Source: an uncultured Actinomycetes bacterium (lineage in GTDB: Bacteria; Actinomycetota; Actinomycetes; Nanopelagicales; Nanopelagicaceae). From it: 64,000 bases of DNA. The notes under the pieces are model-generated. The model had not been told where the DNA came from and did no database searches. It saw nothing but the letters and a program-made list of their open reading frames with translations. Position 1 is the first letter of the stretch. Every line of letters starts with the position of its first letter. Position numbers and translations under genes: made by a program. The stretch lies in NCBI GenBank assembly GCA_903827945.1, contig CAIKKN010000009.1, forward strand, positions 52,046 to 116,045, written 5' to 3'. This document shows positions 34,508 to 47,288 of the stretch, piece by piece.

Positions 34508-35872
34508 GTGCATGAATTTAATCCCGAAGTCGAAGCTCTTGCTGACGATATTTTAAAATATTCGCTCTTGCGTTTACGTCAAGAGCCACCTCTGGATCAT
34601 GCAAAAACGCCTGATGAATTACTGAAAGCCGCAGGCAACACAATTACTGAAAAAGGCCTTGGAGGAAAAGAGGCTCTTCGAATCTTTACTGATGTATTGG
34701 CGCCATCTTGTCTCTCAACAGATCACCCTTCTTATCTAGCATTTATTCCATCAGCACCGAGTGAGCACGCAACGCTTTTTGATTTAGTTGTTGGAGCAAG
34801 TGCAATTTATGGTGGCTCATGGTTAGAAGGCGCTGGGGCTGTTTTTGCCGAGAATCAAGCGCTTCGCTGGATAAGTGATTTGGCTGGCCTTCCAGAAAGC
34901 GCCGGTGGAGTGTTTGTACAAGGCGGAACGATTGGGAATCTCTCGGCGTTAGTTGCTGCGCGGCATACGGCGCGCGATAAGGCTAAAGCATCTGGCAGAA
35001 AGATCGAGCGCTGGGTAATAGTTGCTAGCAATCAAGCTCATTCCTCAATTAAGTCAGCAGCAGAAGTAATGGATTGCGAAGTCTTGTTTGCTAATGCCGA
35101 TGAAGATTTAGTCCTTCGAGCATCGGCAGTAGGTAGCGCAATTTCTAAATATATTTCTGAAAATCCCAACCATGAAATATTTGCACTTGTCGGGACTGCC
35201 GGTTCAACAAATCTTGGAATTATCGATGACCTTGATTCGCTCGGAGATTATGCAAACAAGAATAATATTTGGTTCCATGTCGATGGGGCATATGGCGCCG
35301 CCGCTCTTTGCGCACCAAGTGTCAGAGCGCTATTTAACGGAATTGAAAAATGCGATTCCATGATTGTGGATCCGCACAAGTGGTTGTTCGCTCCATTTGA
35401 TGCTTGCGCGCTCATATACCGCAATCCTGCATTGGGTAAAGCGGCGCATACCCAACACGCTTCTTATTTAGATACGTTGGAAGATGAAAATGAATTTAAT
35501 CCATCAGATTACGCAATTCATTTAACTCGTCGCCCACGCGGATTGCCCTTCTGGTATTCACTTGCATCAAATGGCAGCAAGGCATATTCAGATGCCGTCG
35601 AGGACACAATGAATACTGCTCGCATCGCTGTTCGCTTAATTAATGAGCACCCGAATTTGGAACTCTTGATGGATCCCCAACTTTCCATTGTGGCATTTAC
35701 TCGGAAAGGGTGGAGCGCCGCTGAATATCAAGAATGGAGCGACAAACTCCTGGATGATCAAATTGCTTTTGTTACACCTTCGGCACATCAAGGAAAACCC
35801 ATCCTTCGATTTGCGATTGTGAACCCTTGGACCTCTGAGAAAGAACTCACACAGATTCTCGCCACGCTTTAA
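34508..35872 (+). CDS. group II pyridoxal-phosphate-dependent amino-acid decarboxylase
   Basis: 454 aa. PLP-lysine block DSMIVDPHKWLFAPFDAC and GGTIGNLSALVAAR. GTG start. Confidence 0.85.
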   Translation: MHEFNPEVEALADDILKYSLLRLRQEPPLDHAKTPDELLKAAGNTITEKGLGGKEALRIFTDVLAPSCLSTDHPSYLAFIPSAPSEHATLFDLVVGASAIYGGSWLEGAGAVFAENQALRWISDLAGLPESAGGVFVQGGTIGNLSALVAARHTARDKAKASGRKIERWVIVASNQAHSSIKSAAEVMDCEVLFANADEDLVLRASAVGSAISKYISENPNHEIFALVGTAGSTNLGIIDDLDSLGDYANKNNIWFHVDGAYGAAALCAPSVRALFNGIEKCDSMIVDPHKWLFAPFDACALIYRNPALGKAAHTQHASYLDTLEDENEFNPSDYAIHLTRRPRGLPFWYSLASNGSKAYSDAVEDTMNTARIAVRLINEHPNLELLMDPQLSIVAFTRKGWSAAEYQEWSDKLLDDQIAFVTPSAHQGKPILRFAIVNPWTSEKELTQILATL

Positions 35873-35918
35873 AGCCAAATCACCAGTATTTGTCTGTGCT
35901 TGCCCTTACTATCTGTAT

Positions 35919-36194
35919 ATGGAGAACGAAGTACTGACCCACGCGGCCGTTTCAACACTGACCGACCTGGAGCTTCGTATCTTGGAATTCGAGCGCAATT
36001 GGTGGCGTTATGCGGGCGCAAAAGAGTCGGCAATCAAGGAACTCTTTGACCTTACTCCTCCTGCTTACTACCAAGCGCTGAACAACTTGATTGACCGTGA
36101 CGATGCCCTCCTGGCCCAGCCAATGCTCGTAAAGCGCCTTCGCCGCTTACGCGAGGCACGCACAACCTCACGCTCAGCCTCTTTCAAGCTCTAA
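35919..36194 (+). CDS. DUF3263-family small protein
   Basis: 91 aa. LELRILEFERNWWRYAGAKESAIKELFDLTPPAYYQALNNLID...LVKRLRRLRE matches the conserved actinobacterial DUF3263 pattern as I recall it. Confidence 0.7.
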   Translation: MENEVLTHAAVSTLTDLELRILEFERNWWRYAGAKESAIKELFDLTPPAYYQALNNLIDRDDALLAQPMLVKRLRRLREARTTSRSASFKL

Positions 36195-36251
36195 TCCCAG
36201 CAAGCCCAGAACCCGATTTGGCTCCGAACGCCCAAGTGGGTAAATTTGGCG

Positions 36252-37938
<1,687 letters not shown>

Positions 37939-37958
37939 AGAGTCTACATAAGCGTGAA

Positions 37959-37990
37959 AGGCCTGCGGACTTTGGTCTGCAGGCCTTTTT
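37959..37990 (+). terminator. Intrinsic terminator after groEL
   Basis: 12-bp stem AGGCCTGCGGAC / GTCTGCAGGCCT (one G-T pair), loop TTTG, followed by TTTTT. Confidence 0.75.
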
Positions 37991-38012
37991 AATTTACAGT
38001 TAGGAGATGAGC

Positions 38013-38681
38013 ATGAACGATCCATTTAATGCAGTAGACCTGGCACGTTCGGCTGCGCTCGAGGACGCGGGCAAAGAGAGCCTTGTGGGCAAATTTGTTT
38101 CCGTCGACACTGATGACCGAATTGCTACATATCTTTTTGAAAGTTTCGTTGCTGGATATACAGGGTGGCGTTGGGCCGTAACTGTAATCAAAGTTGACGA
38201 TGAATCTGCTGCAACAATTTCAGATGTTGTTCTACTTCCAGGGGTAGATTCTCTTCTCGCTCCTGAATGGATTCCTTACAAGGATCGCTTATTACCTGGC
38301 GATGTAGGAGTGGGCGATATCGTCCCAACTTCTGCCGACGACGTTCGTCTGGTTCCAGGATTCGCATCACTTCCTGACGATGAAGAACTTGATCCAGCAC
38401 AACTCTTTGAATTTGGTTTAGGTCGTGCGCGCGTTCTTTCGATTGAAGGCCGAGACCAAGCAAGCAAGCGTTGGTATGAAGGTGACCGTGGGCCAAATAC
38501 CCCAATCACGCAACACGCCTCCAAGGCCTGTGGATCGTGTGGCTTCTTCTTGCCTATAGCGGGCTCACTCCGCTCTGCTTTCGGCGTGTGTGCCAATGCC
38601 TTAGCCCCAGACGATGCACGCGTAGTTTCTGTCGACCACGGATGCGGTGCTCACTCTGAGGCACTCGTCGTTGTTGAGTAA
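38013..38681 (+). CDS. DUF3027-family protein
   Basis: C-terminal Cys cluster CGSCGFFLP...CAN...DHGCGAHSE. Start set at ATG 38013, 6 nt after AGGAG. ATG 38007 abuts the SD. Confidence 0.7.
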   Translation: MNDPFNAVDLARSAALEDAGKESLVGKFVSVDTDDRIATYLFESFVAGYTGWRWAVTVIKVDDESAATISDVVLLPGVDSLLAPEWIPYKDRLLPGDVGVGDIVPTSADDVRLVPGFASLPDDEELDPAQLFEFGLGRARVLSIEGRDQASKRWYEGDRGPNTPITQHASKACGSCGFFLPIAGSLRSAFGVCANALAPDDARVVSVDHGCGAHSEALVVVE

Positions 38682-38745
38682 TCCGATAAACTAATCCTCT
38701 ACCTAGCCCACCAGCTAGTAAAGATTTTAAGAAAAGGAGATTCCC

Positions 38746-39129
38746 ATGCCAATTGGTCGCGTGAAATGGTACAGCGTTGAGAAGGGTTTTGGTTTTATCT
38801 CTAATGAAGAAGGCGAAGATGTGTATCTTGCTTCATCAGCTCTCCCAACAGGAGTTCCATCTGTAAAGCCTGGGACTAAGTTGGAGTTCAGTGTTGCTGA
38901 AGGACGAAAAGGCCCTCAAGCGATGTCAGTTCATATTATTGAAGAGCCAGCATCAGTAGTTGCGAATACTCGAATTAACGCTGATGATTTAGCAACAATT
39001 ATCGAAGACACGATCAAGATGCTCGATAAAGTTGGAAATGGCCTTCGTCACGGACGCCATCCATCAGGAGTTGAAGCAGAACGTTTGTCAAAGGTCTTGA
39101 TTGGTATTGCAGGACAAATCAATAACTAG
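38746..39129 (+). CDS. cold-shock-domain protein with a ~60-aa C-terminal extension (CspB-like)
   Basis: CSD with RNP1-like KGFGFI (VKWYSVEKGFGFISNEEGEDVYL). 127 aa. SD AAGGAG. Confidence 0.88.
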   Translation: MPIGRVKWYSVEKGFGFISNEEGEDVYLASSALPTGVPSVKPGTKLEFSVAEGRKGPQAMSVHIIEEPASVVANTRINADDLATIIEDTIKMLDKVGNGLRHGRHPSGVEAERLSKVLIGIAGQINN

Positions 39130-39301
39130 CTCTTTCACGTTTTCTTCTTCGGATTGTATAGCGCAACCCAACAAGCCCGAGTAGCGCTCCTGTAAGGCAT
39201 ATCCAAATCTGGTTAGATGGTGCCGAACGAGCAATCTCAATTACGAGTGCGATGAGCCACAGCAACGTGCCTGCGATAATCACTTTCACAGCTTCTCCCA
39301 T
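39119..39301 (-). CDS. small two-TM membrane protein (DUF2530-like)
   Basis: 60 aa. Two hydrophobic helices and a basic tail, RRRKRERASY. The 3' end overlaps csp by 11 nt. The family call is from memory only. Confidence 0.5.
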   Translation of the reverse strand: MGEAVKVIIAGTLLWLIALVIEIARSAPSNQIWICLTGALLGLVGLRYTIRRRKRERASY

Positions 39302-39321
39302 GTAAGTAAGCCTACAATGCG

Positions 39322-40566
39322 ATGGTGGCTAATAGGGCAGGAAGAAGCAAATCAATGCGCTCCTTCCAGCATAGAAATTTCAAACTCTTCTTCATCTCAA
39401 ATTTTCTCTCCAATGTTGGGGGATGGGCGCAACGAGTCGCCCAGGATTGGCTCGTTCTTCAATTAACTCATTCTGGCCGCGAACTTGGAATAGTCACAGG
39501 ACTTCAATTTGCACCCTCGCTCTTATTCAGTGTTTATGGTGGATCACTTGCCGATCGATTGAATAAACGAAAACTATTAATGATTACAAATGCGGGCTCC
39601 GCTCTTTGTGCTCTTCTTCTCGGAGTATTAGTGATGTCTCATTCCGTTCAGCTCTGGCACGTTTATGTCATCGCAGTCTTGCTAGGAACTTTTGGCGCAC
39701 TCGATGCTCCTACACGTCAGGCGTTTACGAGCGAGATGGTTGGCAAGAGTGATGTGGCTAATGCAGTGAGTTTGAATTCGGCAAACTTCAACGCTGGTCG
39801 CCTTGTCGGCCCTGGCTTGTCAGGTTTATTGATTGCTTGGTTTGGTACTGGACCTTCCTTCATCTTCAATGCCGCCTCATACATTGTGGTGTTGGGCGCA
39901 CTTGTAGCCGTCGATGAGTCCGCTCTTTTTCTTGAAAAGAAGCAAGAATTTGAAGTTAAATCGATGGACGCGCTCCGCTATGTCAGAGCGAGACCGCAAA
40001 TTATGGCCGTTATGGCCACAGTCTTCTTTATGGGAACCTTCGGGCTAAATTTTCAAATATTTAATGCGCTGATGGCCACACAAATTTTCCATCGTGGTCC
40101 CGCAATTTATGGCCTACTGGGATCTGTAATAGCCATTGGTTCACTCACGGCTGGAATAGCTTCAGCGCGAATGGATCGAAAGCGTGGACCACGATTCATA
40201 ATGGCCGGGGCAATGATTTTTGGCTCGTGGCTTGCAGTTGTTGCCTGGATGCCAACTTTCTTGCTCTATTTAGTAACCCTACCGATAGCAGGATTCTTTG
40301 CTTTGACGACAATGATTAATGCAAATTCATTTGTTCAAAATTCGACGGATGCCCATATCAAAGGACGAGTAATGGGCTTGTATCTCTTATCCTTTATGGG
40401 AGGAACGCCTTTTGGCTCTCCCCTTATCGGGTGGATGTGCCAAAAAATAGGCGTCCGCGAAACGATTTCAGCTTGTGGCGCTATTGCTGCTGGAGCAGCG
40501 CTTGTTATTTCTTTAGTGCTGAAATCACAACAAGCAAAGTCAATCCAACAAGCACCGCAGCAGTAA
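39322..40566 (+). CDS. MFS transporter (EntS/MFS_3-like)
   Basis: About 12 TM segments. N-terminal FRHRNF-like motif (FQHRNFKLFFISNFLSNVGGW), typical of this MFS subfamily. ATG 39355 is a possible alternative start. Confidence 0.8.
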   Translation: MVANRAGRSKSMRSFQHRNFKLFFISNFLSNVGGWAQRVAQDWLVLQLTHSGRELGIVTGLQFAPSLLFSVYGGSLADRLNKRKLLMITNAGSALCALLLGVLVMSHSVQLWHVYVIAVLLGTFGALDAPTRQAFTSEMVGKSDVANAVSLNSANFNAGRLVGPGLSGLLIAWFGTGPSFIFNAASYIVVLGALVAVDESALFLEKKQEFEVKSMDALRYVRARPQIMAVMATVFFMGTFGLNFQIFNALMATQIFHRGPAIYGLLGSVIAIGSLTAGIASARMDRKRGPRFIMAGAMIFGSWLAVVAWMPTFLLYLVTLPIAGFFALTTMINANSFVQNSTDAHIKGRVMGLYLLSFMGGTPFGSPLIGWMCQKIGVRETISACGAIAAGAALVISLVLKSQQAKSIQQAPQQ

Positions 40567-40596
40567 CTAATCGGCGCACTTTGTAGCTCATTGAAA

Positions 40597-41727
<1,131 letters not shown>

Positions 41728-41736
41728 TTAAAGCAA

Positions 41737-42387
41737 TTAAGGGTTGACTCGTTTCACATTCCAGCCAGTTGAATGTGCCGTGTATCGCACACGGTCGTGT
41801 AGGCGGGAGTAACGACCCTGCCAGAATTCGATACTGCTCGGTACAACTTCATAACCACCCCAGTGCGGCGGCGTCGGGACTTTTGAGCCCTCCGGATATT
41901 TCTCTGCATACTCCTTGAAGCGAATTTCTAAATCTTCTCTGGAAGCGAGATCTTGTGACTGTTCACTTGACCAAGCCCCAATCTGGCTTCCCCAGGGACG
42001 TGTTTGAAAATATTCATCACTTGCCTCGGCTGAAACTTTGCTCGCTCTTCCTAGAACTATTACTTGACGCTCCATTGCATACCAAGGAAAGAGAAGACTG
42101 ACGTGATGATTCTTCGAGATTTCACTTGCTTTGCGAGAGTTGTAATTAGTGAAAAATGTAAAAGTATTTGTGGCGTCTTTAAGAAGAACAGTGCGACTGA
42201 CTGGCTGCTCGCCATCCACAGTCGAGAGGACCATTGCATTTGCTTCAACGATGAGGGGATTAGCAATGCCATCTTTGAACCAGGCATGGAAAAGATCGAA
42301 AGGGTCTGAAGGAATTTCCGCCAGCCCAGCGTCCCCGTAGGAGCGCCTTAACTCTCGAATTGCTTCTCGCTCAAGTTTCTCGTCCAT
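41737..42387 (-). CDS. pdxH: pyridoxamine 5'-phosphate oxidase
   Basis: 216 aa. RTVLLK..., and the C-terminal signature IEFWQGRYSRLHDRVRY. Confidence 0.9.
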   Translation of the reverse strand: MDEKLEREAIRELRRSYGDAGLAEIPSDPFDLFHAWFKDGIANPLIVEANAMVLSTVDGEQPVSRTVLLKDATNTFTFFTNYNSRKASEISKNHHVSLLFPWYAMERQVIVLGRASKVSAEASDEYFQTRPWGSQIGAWSSEQSQDLASREDLEIRFKEYAEKYPEGSKVPTPPHWGGYEVVPSSIEFWQGRYSRLHDRVRYTAHSTGWNVKRVNP

Positions 42388-42507
42388 TTTGTTGCTTATG
42401 TCACTTTCGATATGAGTGCATCCCCAGATTTTGCGTTTGTGAACGGCTGGGCTTAAGGAGCAGAATACGCACCAAGGCTGAAATATGTAACCGAAAGAAG
42501 GTCTCCC

Positions 42508-43632
42508 GTGTCACCAGAGTCAGAAGCTTTCAAACCTGGTCTAGAAGGCGTTATTGCCTTTGAATCAACAATTGCAGAACCGGATAAAGAGGGAAGCGCT
42601 CTTCGTTACCGCGGTGTTGATATTGAAGACCTCGTAGGTCGGGTGACATTTGGAAATGTATGGGGACTTCTAGTTGATGATGAATTTAATCCCGGCCTTC
42701 CACCTGCCGAGAGATTCCCACTTCCTGTGCACTCAGGTGATATTCGCGTAGATGTGCAATCTGCGATTGCAATGCTTGCACCTGCCTGGGGATTCAAACC
42801 ACTTCTTGATATTGATGATGCAGAAGCTCGCGACAATCTTGCACGTGCATCTGTAATGGTTCTTTCATATGTCGCACAAGCTGCTCGCGGAATCGAGCCA
42901 GCAGTTCCAGAAGCTGAAATTGATAAAGCACATACGGTCGTAGAGCGCATGATGCGTCGTTGGCGCGGAGAGCCAGATCCAAAGCACGTTCGTGCAATTG
43001 ACGCGTACTTTGTTTCTGCTGCAGAACACGGAATGAACGCTTCGACCTTTACCGCTCGTGTAATTGCCTCAACAGGAGCAGATGTTGCTGCTTCACTTTC
43101 TGGAGCAATCGGAGCGATGTCTGGTCCACTTCACGGAGGAGCGCCTTCTCGTGTTCTTCATATGATTGAAGAAGTTGAAAAATCAGGCGATGCACGAAAG
43201 TACGTTAAGGATTTGATGGATCGTAAAGAGCGTTTGATGGGATTTGGTCACCGCGTGTATCGTGCTGAAGATCCTCGTGCTCGTACATTGCGCCGTACTG
43301 CAAAAGAATTAAATGCTCCTCGTTATCAAGTTGCCGAAGCTCTTGAACAAGCTGCACTTGCCGAACTTCGTGAGCGTCAACCAGATCGCGTTCTCGAAAC
43401 AAACGTTGAATTTTGGGCAGCCATCATTCTTGATTTTGCTGAAGTCCCATCGCATATGTTTACCTCAATGTTTACAGCTGCGCGTACTGCTGGCTGGTCG
43501 GCTCATATTCTTGAACAGAAGCGCACAGGTCGTCTTGTTCGCCCATCTGCTCGATATATCGGACCTGGACCACGTAAGGTTCAAGACGTTAAAGGTTGGG
43601 ATGACTCAGTAGAGTCGCTTCACTCTTTCTAA
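42508..43632 (+). CDS. citA: citrate synthase (short, CitA-like form)
   Basis: 374 aa. Catalytic blocks SGPLHGGAP and GFGHRVYRAEDPR. GTG start. Confidence 0.88.
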   Translation: MSPESEAFKPGLEGVIAFESTIAEPDKEGSALRYRGVDIEDLVGRVTFGNVWGLLVDDEFNPGLPPAERFPLPVHSGDIRVDVQSAIAMLAPAWGFKPLLDIDDAEARDNLARASVMVLSYVAQAARGIEPAVPEAEIDKAHTVVERMMRRWRGEPDPKHVRAIDAYFVSAAEHGMNASTFTARVIASTGADVAASLSGAIGAMSGPLHGGAPSRVLHMIEEVEKSGDARKYVKDLMDRKERLMGFGHRVYRAEDPRARTLRRTAKELNAPRYQVAEALEQAALAELRERQPDRVLETNVEFWAAIILDFAEVPSHMFTSMFTAARTAGWSAHILEQKRTGRLVRPSARYIGPGPRKVQDVKGWDDSVESLHSF

Positions 43633-43639
43633 AAAGGAT

Positions 43640-44464
43640 TTATTCAAGCCAGAATTTAAGCGCACTGGAGACGTATTTTGACCACGATTTTTCGTTGTGG
43701 CCAGTGCGAGGGTAAACCTTTGAAATGAAATCATGATTTGCCCTCCAACCATTTTCTAGAGCTCTTTGATCTGCGTAATTCTGTTGAGTTTCATATGTTG
43801 CATCGAGCCCTTTTGTTCCGCGGCTCATCCACAATTTGTGAGTTCCTGGTTTAGGCAGAGCATCTATAAGTACGTCCACAAAGGCGTTATCTGAAATAAC
43901 CCAATGTGGGCTTAGCGAAAGTGCGCTTCCGTAAATATCGGGCCGCCGGCCAACGCCGTACAAAGTCATCAACCCACCCATGCTAGATCCGAGCATCGCA
44001 GTGTTTCTAGCTTCTGGTTTCAATCCAAAGAGATTCGCAATCGACGGGAGAATCTCCTCATTTATTTTGCGTAGATAAGCGTCTGATCTAATTTCTTCTA
44101 ACTCAAAAAGAGGTGGTTGAACATTGACTTTGAGGCCATTCAAGAATGGCTGTTGTGGAGTCAAATCTTTGTAGCGGCCATGGGGATCAGATTTTGTTCG
44201 TGAGTGAAAGACACTGATGATGAGCGGAGGATTGATGCCCAATTCATCTGAAAGGCGAACTGCGTGTTGGGCAAGCTGCCAAGTCTTACGCCTCGTCGCT
44301 GTATTTTTATCAAAGATATTTTGACCATCGTGTGTCACTAGAACATGTGTTGGATTTTCCGGGCCCCAGAAATCAACGAATCTTCCATCGAAGTTCGCTC
44401 TCGTCACATTTCCTGGAACACCGCGGACCTGAAATTGCTTAACTCTCTGGAAATCGGCCGCCAT
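43640..44464 (-). CDS. alpha/beta-fold esterase (esterase D/enterochelin-esterase-like family)
   Basis: Nucleophile elbow GSSMGG. The start is uncertain. The ORF-track start 44566 would overlap the photolyase start, so I chose ATG 44464 (MAADFQ). Confidence 0.65.
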   Translation of the reverse strand: MAADFQRVKQFQVRGVPGNVTRANFDGRFVDFWGPENPTHVLVTHDGQNIFDKNTATRRKTWQLAQHAVRLSDELGINPPLIISVFHSRTKSDPHGRYKDLTPQQPFLNGLKVNVQPPLFELEEIRSDAYLRKINEEILPSIANLFGLKPEARNTAMLGSSMGGLMTLYGVGRRPDIYGSALSLSPHWVISDNAFVDVLIDALPKPGTHKLWMSRGTKGLDATYETQQNYADQRALENGWRANHDFISKVYPRTGHNEKSWSKYVSSALKFWLE

Positions 44465-44480
44465 GATGAGAGGATAAAGC

Positions 44481-45881
44481 ATGATGGAAATGGGCACCAC
44501 AAATACGGTCATGTGGTTCAGGCGCGACCTAAGAATTGGAGACAACCCGGCACTTCTTGCAGCCATCGAAGAAGCTCGAGAAAATGGCGGAGCAGTCCTT
44601 CCGCTTTTTATTTTAGACCCAGCCTTAATTGGTGGGGCCGGATCAAAACGTTTGGCTTACCTCTCTGATTCCTTACGTGCTTTAGATGAATCTCTTTTAG
44701 GGAATCTGCATGTAATGGTTGGCGATCAAGTCGATGTGCTGAAGGCGATAATTGAAAAACACTCCATCACTTCCATCCATATTTCAGCAGAATTTGAACG
44801 TTATGGTGTTGAACGCGATGCACGAGTCGAGAGCGCTGGCATAAAACTTATTCGGACCGGCAGTCCTTACGCTGTTGCTCCTGGGCGTGTAGTGAAACCC
44901 AGTGATGGGACTCCTTACAAGGTCTATACGCCTTTCTACAAGAATTGGCGGGAGCACGGTTGGAGAAACCCAGCGATAAGTCCTGCCACCTCGGAGATTC
45001 CACTTTTAAAGCCTGACGCCGGAGATCGCAATTTTCCACAATGGGAAGTGCCTTCGGGGTGTGAAATTTCTGAAGCCGGAGAGAAAGCGGCGCTAAAGAG
45101 ATTTAAATATTTCCAAGAAAATTTGTTAGATAACTACGATGAATCTCGAAACTTTGCTGGTGTTGATGGCACAAGCAGAATGAGCGCTCATCTCAAATGG
45201 GGTGAGATTCATCCGCGCACATTGTTACAACCCCTAGGGAGTAGCAAGGCGCACGATGTCTTCCGTAAAGAAATTGCATGGCGTGAATTTTATGCAGATG
45301 TGCTATTTAATAATCCGCGCACAGAATACGAGTATTACGCACCACAATTTGCAAATATGCATTACGACAAACCCGGAAAAAAATACAAAGCATGGTGTGA
45401 AGGAAAGACTGGTTTTCCTTTTGTTGATGCAGCAATGAGGCAATTGTTGACAGAGGGTTGGATGCATAATCGAACGCGAATGGTTGTCGCATCGTTCTTG
45501 GTGAAAGATCTCCATTTGGAATGGCAGTTAGGTGAGAAATTCTTCCGCGAGCATTTGGTTGATTTTGACTTAGCATCCAATATTCACGGGTGGCAGTGGA
45601 CGGCTGGATGTGGGACGGATGCCTCACCGTATTATCGAATCTTTAATCCAATCGAACAGGGAAAGAGATTTGATCCCGACGGTGATTACATTCGCAAATA
45701 CGTTCCAGAATTAGCTCACCTCAATGCTCCTGACATTCACGAGCCTTGGTCTGTCTTAGATGGATACCTCCACGATTATCCAGCGCAAATCGTGAACCAT
45801 GCGACTGAGCGACTTGAATCGTTGGCCAGGCTTCAAGAAATTAAAGTTCAAAAAGTTGAATACCCAGACCCGAACGCTTAG
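44481..45881 (+). CDS. phrB: deoxyribodipyrimidine photolyase (class I CPD photolyase/cryptochrome family)
   Basis: VMWFRRDLRIGDNPAL, WREFY, TGFPFVDAAMRQL, GWMHNRTRMVVASFL, and WQWTAG...PYYRIFNP. Confidence 0.9.
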   Translation: MMEMGTTNTVMWFRRDLRIGDNPALLAAIEEARENGGAVLPLFILDPALIGGAGSKRLAYLSDSLRALDESLLGNLHVMVGDQVDVLKAIIEKHSITSIHISAEFERYGVERDARVESAGIKLIRTGSPYAVAPGRVVKPSDGTPYKVYTPFYKNWREHGWRNPAISPATSEIPLLKPDAGDRNFPQWEVPSGCEISEAGEKAALKRFKYFQENLLDNYDESRNFAGVDGTSRMSAHLKWGEIHPRTLLQPLGSSKAHDVFRKEIAWREFYADVLFNNPRTEYEYYAPQFANMHYDKPGKKYKAWCEGKTGFPFVDAAMRQLLTEGWMHNRTRMVVASFLVKDLHLEWQLGEKFFREHLVDFDLASNIHGWQWTAGCGTDASPYYRIFNPIEQGKRFDPDGDYIRKYVPELAHLNAPDIHEPWSVLDGYLHDYPAQIVNHATERLESLARLQEIKVQKVEYPDPNA

Positions 45882-47244
45882 CTTCATACATCGCTTCATC
45901 TGCTCGTCGCATTAACTCGGGCTTGCTGTCATTGCTAATCGCTCCGATGCTCACTCCGAGGGTTACCGAATGGCTTCCAATTTCAGCTGGATAAGCCAGA
46001 GATGCACGAAGTGAGTGGGCTACTTCTATCCCATGTCGTGTATCTCCATAAATTATGGCCCCGAATTCATCGCCACCGAGTCTGGCGAGTAAATCTCCCT
46101 TAGGAATTTGCCTAGCGAAGCGAACTGAAATCTGGCGAAGCAATTCATCTCCAGCATCGTGTCCCAAAGTGTCATTTACTTTCTTGAACCCATCCAGATC
46201 TAAGAGCAAAAGGATCGCATTTCTCTCTTTAAGTGCGTCGAGTGCCGTAATAAAGCGACGTCGATTTGGCAAACCAGTGAGTTCATCTGTCCGTGCAAGT
46301 GCGCGCTCGTCCTTTATTTCACGTGCCTCTCGCAGTGCTATGGACATTCGGATGAAGGAGAGAGCAAGAGTTGCAAATGCTGGAATTAATATAAATACGG
46401 GTAATTCACTTGGCCGCACCACGGCGAGCATGAGAAGAGCGCTGCTTATAACAAGTGAAAGAAGCGTTGCAATTGGAATAACTTTCTTGTTGAGCTCACG
46501 TTCACCGCCATGATGCCACAGTGATTCAGATATGAGGATTAAGCCGATTACCCATCCATCATCTACAAGTGAGGCAAACGAGTAACCTGATGTTGCAGAT
46601 TTCCAAATAAAATATAAATCAGTGGCTGCGAATAGACCAACTCCCAAAAGCAATAGAAATGTTCTTAGAGATGGCTTCTGCATCGACATCGCTAGCAAAA
46701 CAATTACGAGCAGAATAATGTCACCAATAGGATAAAGAATTGCCAAGAAGACTGCCGGTGCCGATCCATCTAAATGCAACATCGCTGGTTTCAGCAAGAT
46801 GGAGGCAAGAACGCTTGTTGCTCCGAGGCTAATGATTGCCATGTCCAGCAATTCGGTCGCTCGAACTTTCTTCTTGGACGAAAGTGCTCGAAGAATTCCA
46901 AGTAAGGCAAATGGGTAAAAAAGTGAGTAGCAGATATCTGAAAAACCTCGCCAAACATGAAAATCATAAAATGACTCTGCGGTGGAAATTGTCGAACCTA
47001 CCGCCCAAATCGAAAGTGCGCCAGAAATTCCAATCGCCGCCCACCTGTCATTGAACAATGGCGAAAAGTATGAGGAGGCGGCAGCAAGAAAAACTGCTCC
47101 ATTAAAGAGATATAAATCAGGGAGGGGGGAGGGGGGTGAAAATACAAAGCGAATTCCCAGTTGAGCGAGCACTACAAGGACTGCGCCGATTCGTAGAAAA
47201 CGGTATGTTCCTGCCCGTGCTCTTGGGAAATCGCTGGGGCTCAT
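45841..47244 (-). CDS. membrane-anchored diguanylate cyclase (GGDEF domain)
   Basis: About 8-9 N-terminal TM helices, then a GGDEF domain with an intact active site, RLGGDEFGAII. No RxxD I-site is seen 5 aa upstream. The 3' end overlaps phrB by 41 nt. Confidence 0.88.
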   Translation of the reverse strand: MSPSDFPRARAGTYRFLRIGAVLVVLAQLGIRFVFSPPSPLPDLYLFNGAVFLAAASSYFSPLFNDRWAAIGISGALSIWAVGSTISTAESFYDFHVWRGFSDICYSLFYPFALLGILRALSSKKKVRATELLDMAIISLGATSVLASILLKPAMLHLDGSAPAVFLAILYPIGDIILLVIVLLAMSMQKPSLRTFLLLLGVGLFAATDLYFIWKSATSGYSFASLVDDGWVIGLILISESLWHHGGERELNKKVIPIATLLSLVISSALLMLAVVRPSELPVFILIPAFATLALSFIRMSIALREAREIKDERALARTDELTGLPNRRRFITALDALKERNAILLLLDLDGFKKVNDTLGHDAGDELLRQISVRFARQIPKGDLLARLGGDEFGAIIYGDTRHGIEVAHSLRASLAYPAEIGSHSVTLGVSIGAISNDSKPELMRRADEAMYEAKRSGLGIQLFEL

Positions 47245-47288
47245 AACTAAAAGTATTGCTAAAGAAGAGTCAGAGGGAGATTTCTAGG

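Noticed and set aside
42405-42432. Resemblance between the ppk repeat unit (GGGTATGCATTCGTAC) and the reverse complement of a stretch in the pdxH/citA intergenic region (GGGGATGCACTCATAT). It is also visible as 'ECIP' peptides in spurious ORFs.
   Set aside because: Only about 12 of 16 positions match, there are only two loci, and no functional link exists between ppk and pdxH/citA. This is most likely chance. It would need a genome-wide motif count to revive.
42439-42444. Single GTGAAC (GTTCAC on the pdxH strand) upstream of pdxH
   Set aside because: It is an isolated hexamer with no 11-nt-phased partner. This is expected by chance.
44462-44566. Apparent head-on coding overlap of the esterase and photolyase genes
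   Set aside because: It is an artefact of longest-ORF calling. Choosing internal ATG 44464 for the esterase and ATG 44481 (SD GAGAGGA) for the photolyase removes it. The exact esterase start remains uncertain.
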